Shown: in pieces, positions 1 through 14,739 of the stretch
How the letters are laid out: each line of letters begins with the position of its first letter
How positions within the stretch are numbered: the first letter of the stretch is position 1
Origin: Octopus vulgaris
Lineage: Eukaryota
DNA length: 64,000 bases
Assembly (NCBI GenBank): GCA_951406725.2
Contig: OX597835.1
Coordinates: 28,520,001 to 28,584,000, forward strand
Reading direction: 5' to 3'
Translations under genes and position numbers: made by a program
The notes under the pieces: model-generated
What the model saw: only the letters and a program-made list of their open reading frames with translations
Database searches by the model: none
Told to the model about the DNA's origin: nothing

Positions 1-666
1 CGTAATTTCCAAAATTAATTTAGAAACAAAGGCAGTGTAATTTCAACAGAAATTTAATAACAAAAATGGGTTATTAAACAGCTGGGTGGGGAGGTGGGGC
101 GGAACAACAACAACACAAAACAAAATAAATTATTTCTCAGGAAGAAAGTAACTAAGGTGTTAACAAAGGTGAACTACAATCAGTCAAACATTAAAATAAA
201 TAAGTCGATAAAACAGATGTGTGAGTGAAAGCAGGTGCCTTTTTGCAGCTTGTATTTGTAAGAAGTTTTCAAATTCATTTATGTTTGCTATCTGAGGGAT
301 GACGGCTGGTCCCAATTTTGTTGAATATATAATATATAATGATGAATATGAATATGTATATATATATATACATACACATCATATATATATATATATATAT
401 ATATACACATCATATATATACACACATAATATATATATATATATATATACACATCATATATATATATATGTAAACCTCTATTATTGGTTGATGAGTACTC
501 AGCATCTTAAATCTGTTGTAATACTTACAACATTTAATGAAAGGATGTAGTACGAAACGATCGTACCAAATTACCGGAGTCATTCTTGTTGCTTATTTTG
601 ATTATATATATATGTATATATACATCATATATATGTATATATATACATCATATAGATATATACATC

Positions 667-699
<33 letters not shown>

Positions 700-749
700 C
701 ACGCACATTATATATATATTTAATATCATGTGCGTGATAAGCTTATAGT

Positions 750-1048
750 GTGCTTTACAAAGCTCTTCCACGGGTATCAGCTATCCTATGTTACCTTACA
801 GCAGGGATTCTCCTTTTACTGGATACACATGTGGAAATCCATTAATATCCACAGAATTCATTAAAAAAAAATTATTGTAATGATTTGGATTAAAGCCTAA
901 CACTGCGTCATGCTGAACCTCCCCAAGAACTACGTTAAGGGTACATGTGTCTGTGGAGTGCTCAGCCACTTGCATGTTAATTTCACGGGCAGGCTGTTCC
1001 ATTAATTGGATCAACTGGAACCCTCGTCGGCATAACCAATGGAGTGCC
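750..1048 (-). mobile_element. Interspersed repeat (SINE-like) fragment; related copy at ~16810-16965 (+)
   Basis: Shared segment 'cacatgtacccttaacgtagttct..gagg/gattcagc(a/g)tgac' at both loci. Confidence 0.55.
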
Positions 1049-1085
1049 ATATATATGTATATATATATATATGTGTATATATATG

Positions 1086-1118
<33 letters not shown>

Positions 1119-1151
1119 GTATATGTATATATATATATACATATATGTATG

Positions 1152-1188
<37 letters not shown>

Positions 1189-1458
1189 CTATATATATCT
1201 ATATATATATTATGTGCATATGACTATTAAAACTCAGAAGAATGAAGACATTGCTTTCTGTTTGTCCTCCTGCCTGCTTACCAAATTCTGTAATGCTTGT
1301 GTTTTCTTCTCATCCCAATTTGGTCATTCCCTATCCCATGATTAAAGATCTACCACTTCAAGACATTAACAAATGACATTCATTGGTTTATAATAACCTT
1401 GGCCTGATCTGAACCCCTGACTTTCGCCCCTTTACTTCCATTTCTAACAATTCCTGGC

Positions 1459-1680
<222 letters not shown>

Positions 1681-1959
1681 ATATCTAGTTGATTGTTATT
1701 TGTGGTAGATTGTCTGGGGTAATCAAAGAATTAGTAACGGTGAGCTCTGGTTTTGTTTCTTTCTTTAAATTCCAATTCTGTGGGTTACCATTTTTATCCT
1801 TCATTCTAATTTTGTCTCAATTATCCCCCCCTTCCACCTCCACCCGCATTGTTCTTACACCACCTCCCACCCTCGCTTTGTTTGGATTGGTGGGTGCCGT
1901 GGGAGAGGGCAGATAATCCCTGATGTCGCTTGTAACTTCCATTTTATCCCGCCACACCC

Positions 1960-1996
<37 letters not shown>

Positions 1997-2258
1997 CCTC
2001 TCTAGTCAAATTGTTTTACCCCTCATCTCCCCTCCCATTGATCAAATTTCTATCTCTATTGACACTTTGTCTCATATTGATGAGATAAATGGCAGCTGAT
2101 TTATTGATTGATTGATGATGATGATGATGGTGATGATGAATAAATAAATAAAATTTGTTATTTGTTAGATAACATTTATATCACACCTGGCTTTGTTCTT
2201 TTTTTTATTATATGCATTGAATGATATCTTTCCTGTTATAGATAATAATAATAATAAT

Positions 2259-2672
2259 AGGAGCAGGAGTGGCTGTGTGGTAAGTAGCTTGCTTACCAAC
2301 CACATGGTTCCGGGTTCAGTCCCATTGCGTGGCACCTTGGGCAAGTGTCTTCTACTATAGCCTCGGGCTGACCAAAGCCTTGTGAATGGGTTTGGTAGAC
2401 AGAAACTGAAAGAAGCCCGTCGTATATATATGTGTGTATATATACATACACATACATATATGCGTGTGTGTATATGTTTGTCCCCCCCCCCCCCCAACAT
2501 CGCTTGACAACCGATGCTGGTGTGTTTACGTCCTCGTAAATTAGCGGTTCGGGAAGAGAGACCGATAGTATAAGTACTGGTCTTACAGAGAATAAGTCCT
2601 GGGGTCGATTTGCTCGACTAAAAGGCGGTGCTCCGGTATGGCCGCAGTCAAATGACTGAAACAAATAAAAGA
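2259..2672 (+). mobile_element. tRNA-derived SINE family A, full-length
   Basis: Head ggagtggctgtgtggtaag...ggttcagtccc (A/B boxes), internal microsatellite, tail gactgaaacaa(g)taaaaga; more than 15 copies in the window. Confidence 0.9.
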
Positions 2673-2988
2673 ATTTTAAAAAATAGTAAAACGAAGAAAA
2701 TTACATATTTAAAAGTACAGGTTTCCTCGATTGAACGAATTCACAGCAGAGTGGTGTAAGGGAGGTAACTCCAACTAAACACGCGAATTTTATTTTATTC
2801 GTGAACTTAGTTTGAATCGTGACTCTGCAATATTTATAAAATGCGTTATTCTTTAAGAAAGGCTTAACAAGTTCTTATTTTCTCTGTTATGCGCTCGGTG
2901 ACCGATCTCTCTCGCTCTCTAGCGCTATATTTTAGTGTTTTTGCTTGATAAATTAAGCACGAGGAATAGGACTTTATCCGTAAGAGTG

Positions 2989-3031
<43 letters not shown>

Positions 3032-3076
3032 TATATATATGTGTGTATATGTATATATATATAAATATACATATAT

Positions 3077-3110
<34 letters not shown>

Positions 3111-3341
3111 GTGTATATATATATATGTATATATGTATATACACACACATATATATATACATATATATTTATACATACATATATATGTATATATATATAT
3201 ATATACATACATATAAATATATATATATTTATATATGTATGTGTGTGTCTATATATATATACATACATCTATATCTATACATACATACATATATATATGT
3301 ATGTGTGTGTGTATATATATATCTGTATACATACATCTATC

Positions 3342-3377
<36 letters not shown>

Positions 3378-3836
3378 TATATATACATACATACACACAC
3401 ACACACACATGTATATGTATATATACATACATACATATATATTAGGGAGTATATATATACATAAATATATATGTATATTTATGTATATATACATATATAT
3501 GTATGTATGTGTGTGTGTGTGTGTGTCTGTGTGTGTATCTATGTGTATGTATCTTTTTGTCCGCGTTTGTCCCTCACCACTGCATGACAACCAATGTTGG
3601 TTAGTTTACGTCTCCGTACCTTAGCGGTTCAGCAAAATAGACCGATACCAGGCTTATATATAAAAAAAATGCACTGGGGTTGATTAGATCGACTAAAATT
3701 ATTCAGAGTTGTGCCCCAGCATGGCCTCAATCGAATGACAGAAACAAAAAACAATAAAAGAACAAAAGACAGTTATTAAATAAAAAAAAAAGTAAATATG
3801 AGAGCTAGTAATTGTTTAAAAAATAAATATAAGGTA

Positions 3837-4078
3837 CAATTGCAGCGTGGAAGCCATTTAAGAAACACACAAAAGCCGTTCGATTCACTTCAACATTTAA
3901 GTTTAATTTGTCAAAATATTTTCGTCGCTTTAAGACCGCGACCTGTTCACTGACAAAAATCCGTGATGCATGTCAGTGAACAGGTCGCGGTCTTAAAGCG
4001 GCGAAAATATTTTGACAAATCGAACGGCTTTTGTGTGTTTCTTAAATGGCTTACAAACACCTTCCACGCTGCAATTGT
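3837..4078. mobile_element. Inverted-repeat (fold-back) element, Penelope-like remnant
   Basis: Arms acaattgcagcgtggaag...cctgttcactgaca and tgtcagtgaacagg...cttccacgctgcaattgt, with indels and a ~15-nt spacer. Confidence 0.7.
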
Positions 4079-4537
4079 TTTCGTTTCAGCACACGATTTC
4101 AGATCAGGTCACTCGCTATGCAAGTACATCTCCAAAATATAAAGGTAAATAACTCAGGAATATTTTAAAGGGAGATAAATCATCAACATTGTTTTTCAGA
4201 TGTCTCCGTACATTGGTTCGTTTCCAAAAGTCTGTCCGTCAATGTAGTCACTGCCACAGCTCTAGTTTTAAAACTATATCGGCGGAATTCTTGTTTAAGC
4301 CCCTCATATAACCCCTCACAACTTTTTAAAAAATATTTTGTTCGGAATTTTCAGAAAATTTTTGCGAATTTGTTCGGGGATGCTTACGATTATGAAAACA
4401 GACACCTTTTTTGTGTGATTTCAGGTCGATTTAGCTGTTGTTTTCAGCACATGTCACGATCACCTGATACATTCCTATTTTCTTTGCCCTTCTGACATGT
4501 ACTGATATTTTTCTATATAATAATAATAATCGGCAGA

Positions 4538-5083
4538 AGGCGGCGAGTTGGCAGAAACGTTAGCACGCCGGGCGAAATGCGTAGTCGTATTTCCGCCGAG
4601 GTCGACTTTGCCTTTCATCCTTTCGGGGTCGATAAATAAAGTACCAGGGGTCGATGTAATCGACTTGATCCCTTTGTCTGTCCTTGTTTGTACCCTCTAT
4701 GTTTAGCCCCTTGTGGCTAATAAAGAAATATATAATGCCGGGCAAAATGCTTAGCGGCATTTCGCCGTCTTTAAGTTTTGAGTTCAAATTCTGCCTAAGT
4801 CTATATTACCATTCGTGCCTTCGAGATGGTTAAAATGATACCAGTTATGCACTCGGGATCGATGTAATATGTTTGTGTGTCTGTGTTTGTCCCCCCAACA
4901 TCGCTTGACAACCGATGCTGGTGTGTTTACGTCCTCGTAAGCTAGCGGTTCGGCAAAAGAGACCGGTAGAATAAGTACTGGGCTTACAAAGAATAAATCC
5001 TGGGGTCGATTTGCTCGACTAACAGGCGGTGCACCAGCATGGCCACAGTCAAATGACTGAAACAAGTAAAAAGAGTAAAAAGA
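4538..5083 (+). mobile_element. SINE family B copy, a second B fragment, then a SINE A 3' half
   Basis: ggcggcgagttggcagaaacgttagc head, gcctttcatcctttcggggtcgataaa core, followed by the SINE A tail. Confidence 0.85.
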
Positions 5084-5133
<50 letters not shown>

Positions 5134-5152
5134 GAGAGATTGATAGATAGAC

Positions 5153-5207
<55 letters not shown>

Positions 5208-5434
5208 GAGAAATAGATGGATATGTATTGTGTGTGTGTGAACGCGCGTTCAGATGTCCTCACATAATCGAAGCTAGTCCCCCCCGCCCCCTCCTGTCTA
5301 ATAAGCATGTAATACATCCGACAACGCCACCGCCACTGCCACCTCCATCAATGGAATATACCCAGTGGAATTTCCTTGTGTTCCCTCTAAAAGACAGCAG
5401 CTCCCTCTAATGCCAGACACGCGTCCGCTTCTCT

Positions 5435-5591
5435 CAACCAGATGGCAGCACCAATAGGGAGAAGATTAGCTGATCCCGCATAATTCCTAATCGGGATTAT
5501 TGCTACAAGGAACATCTCCCTAATTTGGCCAGTGATCAAATAGGGTCAGATTTCTTGACCAACCGTCGCCACTGACCGCTGTCACGTGACA
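5435..5591. promoter_or_regulatory. Candidate regulatory cluster (CTCF-like, CCAAT, CLEAR/USF-type palindrome)
   Basis: caaccagatggcagca (5435-5450), ccaat (5451-5455), tgtcacgtgaca (5580-5591) in non-repetitive, CpG-retaining DNA. Confidence 0.4.
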
Positions 5592-5869
5592 TAATGGTTT
5601 CTAAAAATGTTTATTTAATATTTTAATTATTATTTCGTTATTTACAAGATGTCTGCTGCTTGTAATTATTATTTATATATTCATTGTTATTATCATTATG
5701 GTTAGCAAGTCGGACGATAGACTGGTGATTATTTTTTCCCGGCTCTATGTTCTGAGTTCAAATTCTACCGAGGGTTGTTAAAATAAGTACCAGTTGAGTA
5801 CTGGGGTCCATGAATCGACTTACTACTCTCCTGAAATTGCTGGCATTGTGCCTCTAGTAGAAAGGATTT

Positions 5870-6279
<410 letters not shown>

Positions 6280-7372
6280 TAGGCGGTAAACTGACTGAAT
6301 TGTTAACACGCCCGGAAAAATGCTTGGCGGTATTTCGTCTGCCGTTACGTTCTGAGTTCAAATTAAAAAGCAAAACGATACACCACCGCCACCACCAAAC
6401 AACAACAACAACAATCTCAGCATATGCACAACATGTACAAAAAGAACAACATTAATTGTAATGACATCATATGCACAACAACAACAACAACAACAACAAG
6501 ATTAAGTACGGCAACAACAGCAACAATAACAACGACGGCCATAACAAGAAACGCCGTATCTTTTCAGCTGTTGGAAAATAAACAAAGTGTGTTGAAGTGA
6601 TCCTCTACAATGGCCGCCCAATCGACAAATAGCAGACGACAATTGACAAATAGCAGACGACACACGCACGCACGCACACTCGCACGCACACACACTCGCA
6701 CGCACACATACACAGACACACACATACAAACATGCGCACGCACACACACACAGACACACACATACAAGCATGCGTGCGCGCACACACACAGACACAGACA
6801 CAGACACAGACACACACGCACACGGAGGTGTACACGCAGACTTATACACATGCACACACTGGCGAAAGAGGAAAATCCTAGAGAGAAGATGGATTGCAGA
6901 CGACGATATGTGCAAACAGAGACAGGCAGACAGATATGCGTAGGTATATGTTTGTATGTGTATGTGTGTGAGTGTGGGAAAGAGAGAGAGAATGTGTGTG
7001 TGCGTTTGTGTGTGTGTGTGGGGGGAGAGAGAGTGTGTGTGTGCGTATATGTACATATATATATAAATATATATTACATGTGTATATATGTATATATATA
7101 TATATAAAGAGTAAGAGAGAGAGAAATGAAGAGAAAGTGAGAGAGAGAGGAAGATAGGGAGACAGAGAACGAGAGAGAGAGAGATAAAGAGAAAAAGAGG
7201 AGAGACACAAAGAGAGAGAGAGAGATAAAGAGAAAGAGAGGGGGGAGAGAGAGAAAGAGAGATAGCAGAATGGATCGATGTCTGAATGGACAGAGAAGTA
7301 GTCATGTAGAATGACAGATAGACGGTTGTATACATAGATGGGTAGGTAGATAGGAAGAGAGACAGACAAACG

Positions 7373-7510
<138 letters not shown>

Positions 7511-7560
7511 GAGATAGAGATAGGCAGGTAGGTAGGTAGGTAGGTAGGTAGGTATGTAGG

Positions 7561-7651
<91 letters not shown>

Positions 7652-7794
7652 GTGGGTAAATAGACAGATTCGGCCTCACGTTTCCGATCTTTCAACGAAA
7701 TCTGAGGAATGAAACAAGAAAATCGTTAATAAGAATATTCAGAAGATGAAAAGAAAAGAAATGAAGCATTTGGTTGGAAGCATTTTTTTCTTTC

Positions 7795-8174
7795 TTTTAT
7801 TCTTTTACTTGTTTCAGTCATTTGACTGCGGCCATGCTGGAGCAACGCCTTTAGTCGAGCAAATCGACCCCAGGACTTATTCTTTGTAAGCCTAGTACTT
7901 ATTCTATCGGTCGCTTTTGCCGAACCGCCAAGTTACAGGAACCTAAACACACTAGCATTGATTGCCAAGCAATGTTGGAGGGGGGACAAACACACACATA
8001 TATTCATATATACGACGGGTTTCTTTCAGTTTCCTTCTACCAAATCCACTCACAAGGCTTTGGTCGGTCCGAGGCTATAGTAGAAGACACTTGCCCAAGG
8101 TGCCACTCAGTGGGACTGAACCAGGAACCATGTGCTGGGCAAGCAATCTACTTACCCCACAGCCACTCCTGCGC
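7795..8174 (-). mobile_element. SINE family A, full-length
   Basis: Reverse complement of the 2259-2672 consensus. Confidence 0.9.
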
Positions 8175-8277
8175 CTGCGTGTGTAACAATGGAATGACAT
8201 CACTGTTTTGTGGTGTAAGTGCAAAGGAAAATCCATAAAAATAAGACGAAATAAATCGACTCAAAAGAGCAAACTAA

Positions 8278-8350
<73 letters not shown>

Positions 8351-9136
8351 GCAATACAAGAAGAAGAAAAACATTAATTAGTGGTATGTTAGGCCACTCA
8401 CAAAATATCCTTTACGCTCAGATATTAGAATATTAAAGAAAGCACAGAAGAAACTATGAATATAATTAAGAAAATGAGTTAATTGAACGCAGATGAGAAT
8501 AAATATTATAAACTTTGAAAACGCATTTTAAATTGATTTTTCAGACAGAAAGGAAAATATGATAAAAAAAATACAAAATATTGGACAGAATATAACGTGG
8601 CACAGAAAAGAAATTGTTTAATGGAAAACAAAGGAAAACATGGGAATGAAAGCAAAAATATCAGAAACTTGTCTTTGAGTATTCTTCGGTGGTGACGGGT
8701 CTGACTTTTGAAAATTACATAGCAAACGTTTCATTCCATGCGAACTGTTACTGCGACTGTCATTTCTTGAATTCAAGCTGTTCTTCTTGTGCCAAACTAT
8801 TAACATCTTTCGCTTAAGCAGATGACCATTCCGCTGGTTTCTAGCGTTAGAACGCTTGTAAGAAGCCTCGAAAGACCAAGTTACACTGAAATTCTATTGC
8901 TATTTTCTCTTAATTTCCAGATATATTTAGAAAGCCAAGTTACAAATTTCCAGATTAGTTTGAACAACGAATATCCGTGTGTTTAAGATTCATTTATTGG
9001 CACTCCGATGTAAAATTTTGGTTGAGAGTCATTATCTAGTTTTCCCTTGGCACAGAAGACTATAAAACTGGTAAAGTAAGTTCCATTAAGTGGACATGTA
9101 AGAGACTTCATACAATTACACGTACGCTCGGTGATG

Positions 9137-9200
<64 letters not shown>

Positions 9201-9724
9201 TGACAAATATTTTGTATTAAAGCAATGACGGTACAGCTGTTTACACTAAGAATAAGAAATTTAAATAGAATCTCTGTGAAAGTTCTTTTATGTATAATAT
9301 TAAAGAGAGAAAGGAATAGTTCTATGGCTGCTTCGAACAGTGGAAAACGCGTCTGGACCGATGCGTTGCTTCAATTTGGGAATACTTTGAAGGCGATAAA
9401 AGTATAAACATGTAAAGCTAAGTGAATAAAACGACATTGCAAAATTACGGTAGCTTTTGGTTACGCCCTCGTATACAGAGAGCGCGGAACTCCGAGTAGC
9501 AGCTCAATGCAGACTTAGTTTCAATATACATACATCCATGATAACCATTTCCTCGTTCGCGAGTATAAAATGAAGATGCCGGTACGTCGAGCGATTCCTG
9601 TGAATGATGCTTTTCGAAGTGAGGAGAGGCCTTGCACACAACTAACGCCACTCTCTGGACAATGATGGCAGATACTTCGAGCAACAGAGCTCGTCATCAT
9701 CATTTGCTGCCACCGAGTCGCAGG

Positions 9725-10107
9725 TTCAATATCAGAGTTTTCCTTCTCCTAGAGCAGCGATGTCTTGACAAGGACTTAGGGGTCTCTCGCACCCAGTAAT
9801 GCGGTACACCATGCCAACATCCTCATTCTCATGCATCTCCGCACACTGAACCCTTTGTGCCTGTCCGTTGTTGGAAATGTGTCAATCCTCTGCACAGCCA
9901 CAGTGTTTCCTGCACCGAGGTCACCAGTTTGCCGATGACCACTGCAAGGACTATCGCCGCCCATCAGAAAAAGTAAGACCCAAAACTTGTGGACACAATA
10001 CTGGATGACCGTCGACTTTAATGATTTCACCCGTCCTTCGACAGGTTTTGTTTTTCGTCCTGCAGTGTCCAATCACCCTCTTCACTGGCCTAGCTGGGTC
10101 GTCAGTT
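9725..10107 (-). mobile_element. Probable RTE-type LINE 5'-region fragment
   Basis: gagttttccttctcctag is the reverse complement of ctaggagaaggaaaactc; a similar motif is at ~61650 (+); CpG-rich; no convincing ORF. Confidence 0.4.
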
Positions 10108-10467
10108 TGGGCGCATACATACTTACATACACATATATATGTACGCACACGCTCATACACAGACACACACACACGATTATATATATATACATATGCATGT
10201 GCACGCGCGCGTAAACATATTCGTGTATATATCACATTTCCAACTTTTAAGACAAATTTAGTTTTATGTTCGTCACGATCTTTCTACGTCGACGACGACG
10301 ATGACCTCCACCCCCTCACCCCTCACTCCCCTCACTCCCTCCTCTCCTCCTCCTCCTCCTTCGCCTCCTTTTCGTGCAACATCGTCATCATTGTCACCAA
10401 TTCCACCGCCATCATCACCGGCAACACAAACATCAAAACCATGCATTATTTCGCAATATTTCGCGAC

Positions 10468-11095
10468 ACACCACCACCACCACCACCACCACCACCATTG
10501 CCGCTGCCACCGCCACCGCCACCGTTAAAACCACCACCACCACCAAAACCACCACCACAACCACCACCAAAACCACTACCACCACAACCACCATTGCCGC
10601 CGCCGCCGCCACCGCCAAAACCACCACCACCACCAAAACCACCACCACAACCACCACCAAAACCACTACCACCACAACCACCATTGCCGCCGCCGCCGCC
10701 ACCGCCAGAACCACCACCACCACCACCATTACCACCACCACCACAACCACCATTGCCGCCGCCGCCGCCACCGCCAAAACCACCACCACCACCAAAACCA
10801 CCACCACAACCACCACCAAAACCACTACCACCACAACCACCATTGCCGCCGCCGCCGCCACCGCCAGAACCACCACCACCACCACCATTACCACCACCAC
10901 CACAACCACCATTGCCGCCGCCGCCGCCACCGCCAAAACCACCACCACCACCAAAACCACCACCACAACCACCACCAAAACCACTACCACCACAACCACC
11001 ATTGCCGCCGCCGCCGCCACCGCCAGAACCACCACCACCACCTAAAACACCACCACCACCATTACCACCACCACCATTGCCGCCACCACCACCAC
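10468..11095 (+). repeat. (CCA)n-derived higher-order tandem repeat (90-nt and 69-nt units)
   Basis: Units A (KPPPPPKPPPQPPPKPLPPQPPLPPPPPPP) and B (EPPPPPPLPPPPQPPLPPPPPPP) in order A A B A B A B'. Confidence 0.9.
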
Positions 11096-11196
11096 ACTTA
11101 AATCTCTGACAAAAGACAGTTTCAGCTGCTGATAAATAAACATATATTTGTATCGAACTTTACATCACATTCTGTCCGTCCGTCTGTCTGCTGTTT

Positions 11197-11264
<68 letters not shown>

Positions 11265-11280
11265 TCACTCTCTCATGTAT

Positions 11281-11328
<48 letters not shown>

Positions 11329-12019
11329 TATAGATAGATAGATAGATAGACACACACACACACACACACACACATTTACACACATACACACACACATAAT
11401 ATTTTCTCACGCTCAGGCGCGTACACATTCTCTCTTTCTCTCTTTCTTTCTCTCTCTCTCGCCCTACTCTCTCCACCCCTCAACCCCTCTCTGATCTTCA
11501 TTTCGTCACTGAAACTTCTTCGCAACATTGGAACCACCAAACTAATCTGCATGCAGAACAGCGCACACCTCCCCTCCTTCTCCCTCAACCTCACCCCAAC
11601 CTCATATCCACCCCATGTTTTACACCAACCAGCCAGCCAACCAACTAGCCAGCTAACCAATCAACCAGCCAACCAGCCAGCCAGCCAGCCAGCTAGCCAG
11701 CATTCACTTTCTTCGTCAACGGATATCATCAAATTTATCATCGTCACGGTTGCCACAGCTGCCGCCGCTGCCACCAAGATAACCACCATCACCACCACCA
11801 CCACCACCTCCACCACCAAGTAGAAGGCACTTGACCAAGTTGCGACGCAGTGGGACTGAACACAGAACCATGTGGTTGCGAAGCAATCTTCTTACCACAC
11901 AGTCATGCTTAATATATAATATATATTTTACTAACTATATGTATACGTATGTGTGTATATTTATATATGGGTATATATATATATTTATATATGGGTATAT
12001 ATATATATGTATATATATA

Positions 12020-12062
<43 letters not shown>

Positions 12063-12218
12063 CGTTTTTGGAGTCAAAACTATTGAAAAGGTTTGAAAAA
12101 GTTGCAAGACGCAACGAAAATTTTAGGAAAATAAAAAGACGAAATAAGTGGAAATTTTACCGGTGAGTGTGTTAAATAATAAGGTACTAAAAGAGAATGA
12201 CTCTCCCCAGACACAACA

Positions 12219-12289
<71 letters not shown>

Positions 12290-12299
12290 AACACACTCC

Positions 12300-12720
12300 T
12301 TCAGGATCTTCTATACTGCAGTATGCAGTAATATACGTATGGAAAATCCTAGAAAGGTTGGTACAATACTTTGGCATCAAGAGTTATACTAACCCACCGA
12401 ACTGGACGTCAATGCAGTGTTCCAAAGGTCCCACCTATCCCGTCTGGAGTGAGAACCAAGAACTGTAGTAAGTATTCAATAGCTCACAGCTAATTATTGC
12501 CTTGCCAAAATATCAGAGGGATCTTCATTGAGTAGGGATAGATGTTTCCAAGAAAGAATTTGGCCTCCAGCTGTTCAAGGCCCCAGAAGAAACCCAAAAG
12601 AGTGCAGCTGTGTCAAACTCCCTCCTTCACCAAAAGCCAATCGCATAAAGAATGGCCGCTGAAATTAGGAGCGTTCCAGCATGGCCACAGCCTTCTGGCT
12701 GAAAGATATAAAAGAATATA
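12300..12720 (+). mobile_element. CR1/L2-clade LINE 3' fragment with SINE-A-like tail
   Basis: YVWKILERLVQYFGIKSYTN resembles KILEGLLPNYGIKCYTN of 43270-43760; ends ccagcatggccacagcc..ctgaaa..taaaaga. Confidence 0.55.
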
Positions 12721-12809
12721 AGTATATATTTAACTTAGTATATATTTTTACTTGTATAATACATATTAGTAAATATTTAGTATATATTTATATATTATAT
12801 AGGTATGTA

Positions 12810-14053
12810 CACAGACAAGACAGGAGTAGACACCCTTATAATCATTAACATTTATTTAAATCTGAAATTATACATTCAAATTAATTATTAATTGTTATAA
12901 TGTGAATATCTAATATTTAGTAGATATGTCCTTTGCATTTTTCAATGCAAGGGCCCTATTAGGCATGTTGCTAATCAGATGACGAATATTATCTTGCGGA
13001 ATTTCTTGCCAAGTTTCATGCAGTAATCTCAAAAGATCTGGCTTTGAAGATGTTTTCTTGTTCTTTTTATGAAGTGGCCTGTCCATTATGTCTCAGGGGT
13101 GTCCAATAGGTTTCATATCTGGTGACTGGCTTGGCCATGGAAGCTTTTTAATGCTATTCTCATCCAACAAATCTTGGGTCATTTTAGCCGTGTGACAAGG
13201 AGCCCAATCTTCTGTAAATAAAGAGTCTTCTTTAATCATTTCATCTCTGGAGAAGATTGGAAAGAGGCCTTTCTGCAATATGGACATATATTTGAGTTTA
13301 TGTTTCCTTCACACTCCATCAGTTCTGATCAATCATTGCTTTATATTGCTCCCTTGACCATCACAGAATAGCTGCCATGTTTCATTGTTGGCTGCGATCT
13401 TTTTACATCAAATTCTTGATCGCAGAGTCTCTAGACCCACACTCGACCACTGTCAGGAAATACAGCAAATCTGAATTGATCAGAGAAAATGAAAGGGTCT
13501 TAAAATGCTCGCGGCCTCTCCACCATCTCACAGGCCCAATCTTTTCTCTGCTTGTTGTTGGCTGGTCGAAGAAGTGACTTCCTTCTTGCTGCTCTGCCAT
13601 AGTAGCCATGTTTGTGGAGATACCTGACAGCTGTTTTGGGACTGACATCAACATGTTCTGCTATGTCAAAGGCCTTGCAACGAGGATTTTCCTCCACACT
13701 TCTCATAACAAAGAGAAAGGTCCTGTTAAAGGGCCCTGGTTGATCTGGGAGAGGTGATGTGTACTCCTTCTCCTCTCTGGTGAATTGTACAATCACTCTA
13801 TTAACTACAGAAAGCGGAACCCCAAGGTTTTTTGCAATTTTACGCTATGTCCATCTTCAGACTATCCTACAATACGGCCTCTTTGAAATGCAGACAGTTC
13901 TCAGGCTTCTTTTGTACATGGCATGATTAAACAGTCACATATAGAATCTGAAACATAAAAATGTCACTTAATAACAAATATAAACCTTTACAAGTTAGAA
14001 TAAACATAAAACGATGTTTTATGAGGTGTTTATTTACTTCTGTCATGTCTGTG
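12810..14053 (-). mobile_element. Tc1-like DNA transposon, near full-length, frameshifted
   Basis: TIRs cacagacaagacaggagta and tacttctgtcatgtctgtg flanked by TA; peptides YGRAARRKSLLRPANNKQRKDWA and FTEDWAPCHTAK..LPWPSQSPDMKPI. Confidence 0.9.
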
Positions 14054-14119
14054 TATATACACAAATGTATATTTGCATGCTTGTGTGCGTGTATGTATGT
14101 GTGTATACATACATATCCT

Positions 14120-14192
<73 letters not shown>

Positions 14193-14299
14193 TGACAGGC
14201 TGACATACAGATAAATAGATAGAAAGACAGATAGATGAATGATCGGAAAAAAGAAAGAAATGACAGATGAATTGACGAAGCAAAGTGATTTGTTTCTGT

Positions 14300-14481
14300 C
14301 CGACACGTGCTGACGTCACGAGTTAGGGACGTTCATGAGAGTCGATTTGACGTTTGGTGGCAACTTCCGGCTGCATGCCTTGAATGAGGGAGGACGGCGA
14401 AATCCAAATAAATAGAAGGGAGGGTGGAATAACACGTGTGATTTGTGCCTGCGCCTGTTTGAGATTGTGTGCATGTGAGGC

Positions 14482-14535
<54 letters not shown>

Positions 14536-14655
14536 AGAGCAAGAAACACGCACACAAGCACACGTGCAAACACATAACATCTTTATAAATGTTTGTTTGA
14601 AATCTCGGCTTTTGGACAAAACAACATACCTCCGCCGCCCCCACCGCACGGACAC

Positions 14656-14739
<84 letters not shown>

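Noticed and set aside
2259-2335. tRNA genes at SINE heads
   Set aside because: A/B boxes run into SINE bodies and no complete cloverleaf is evident
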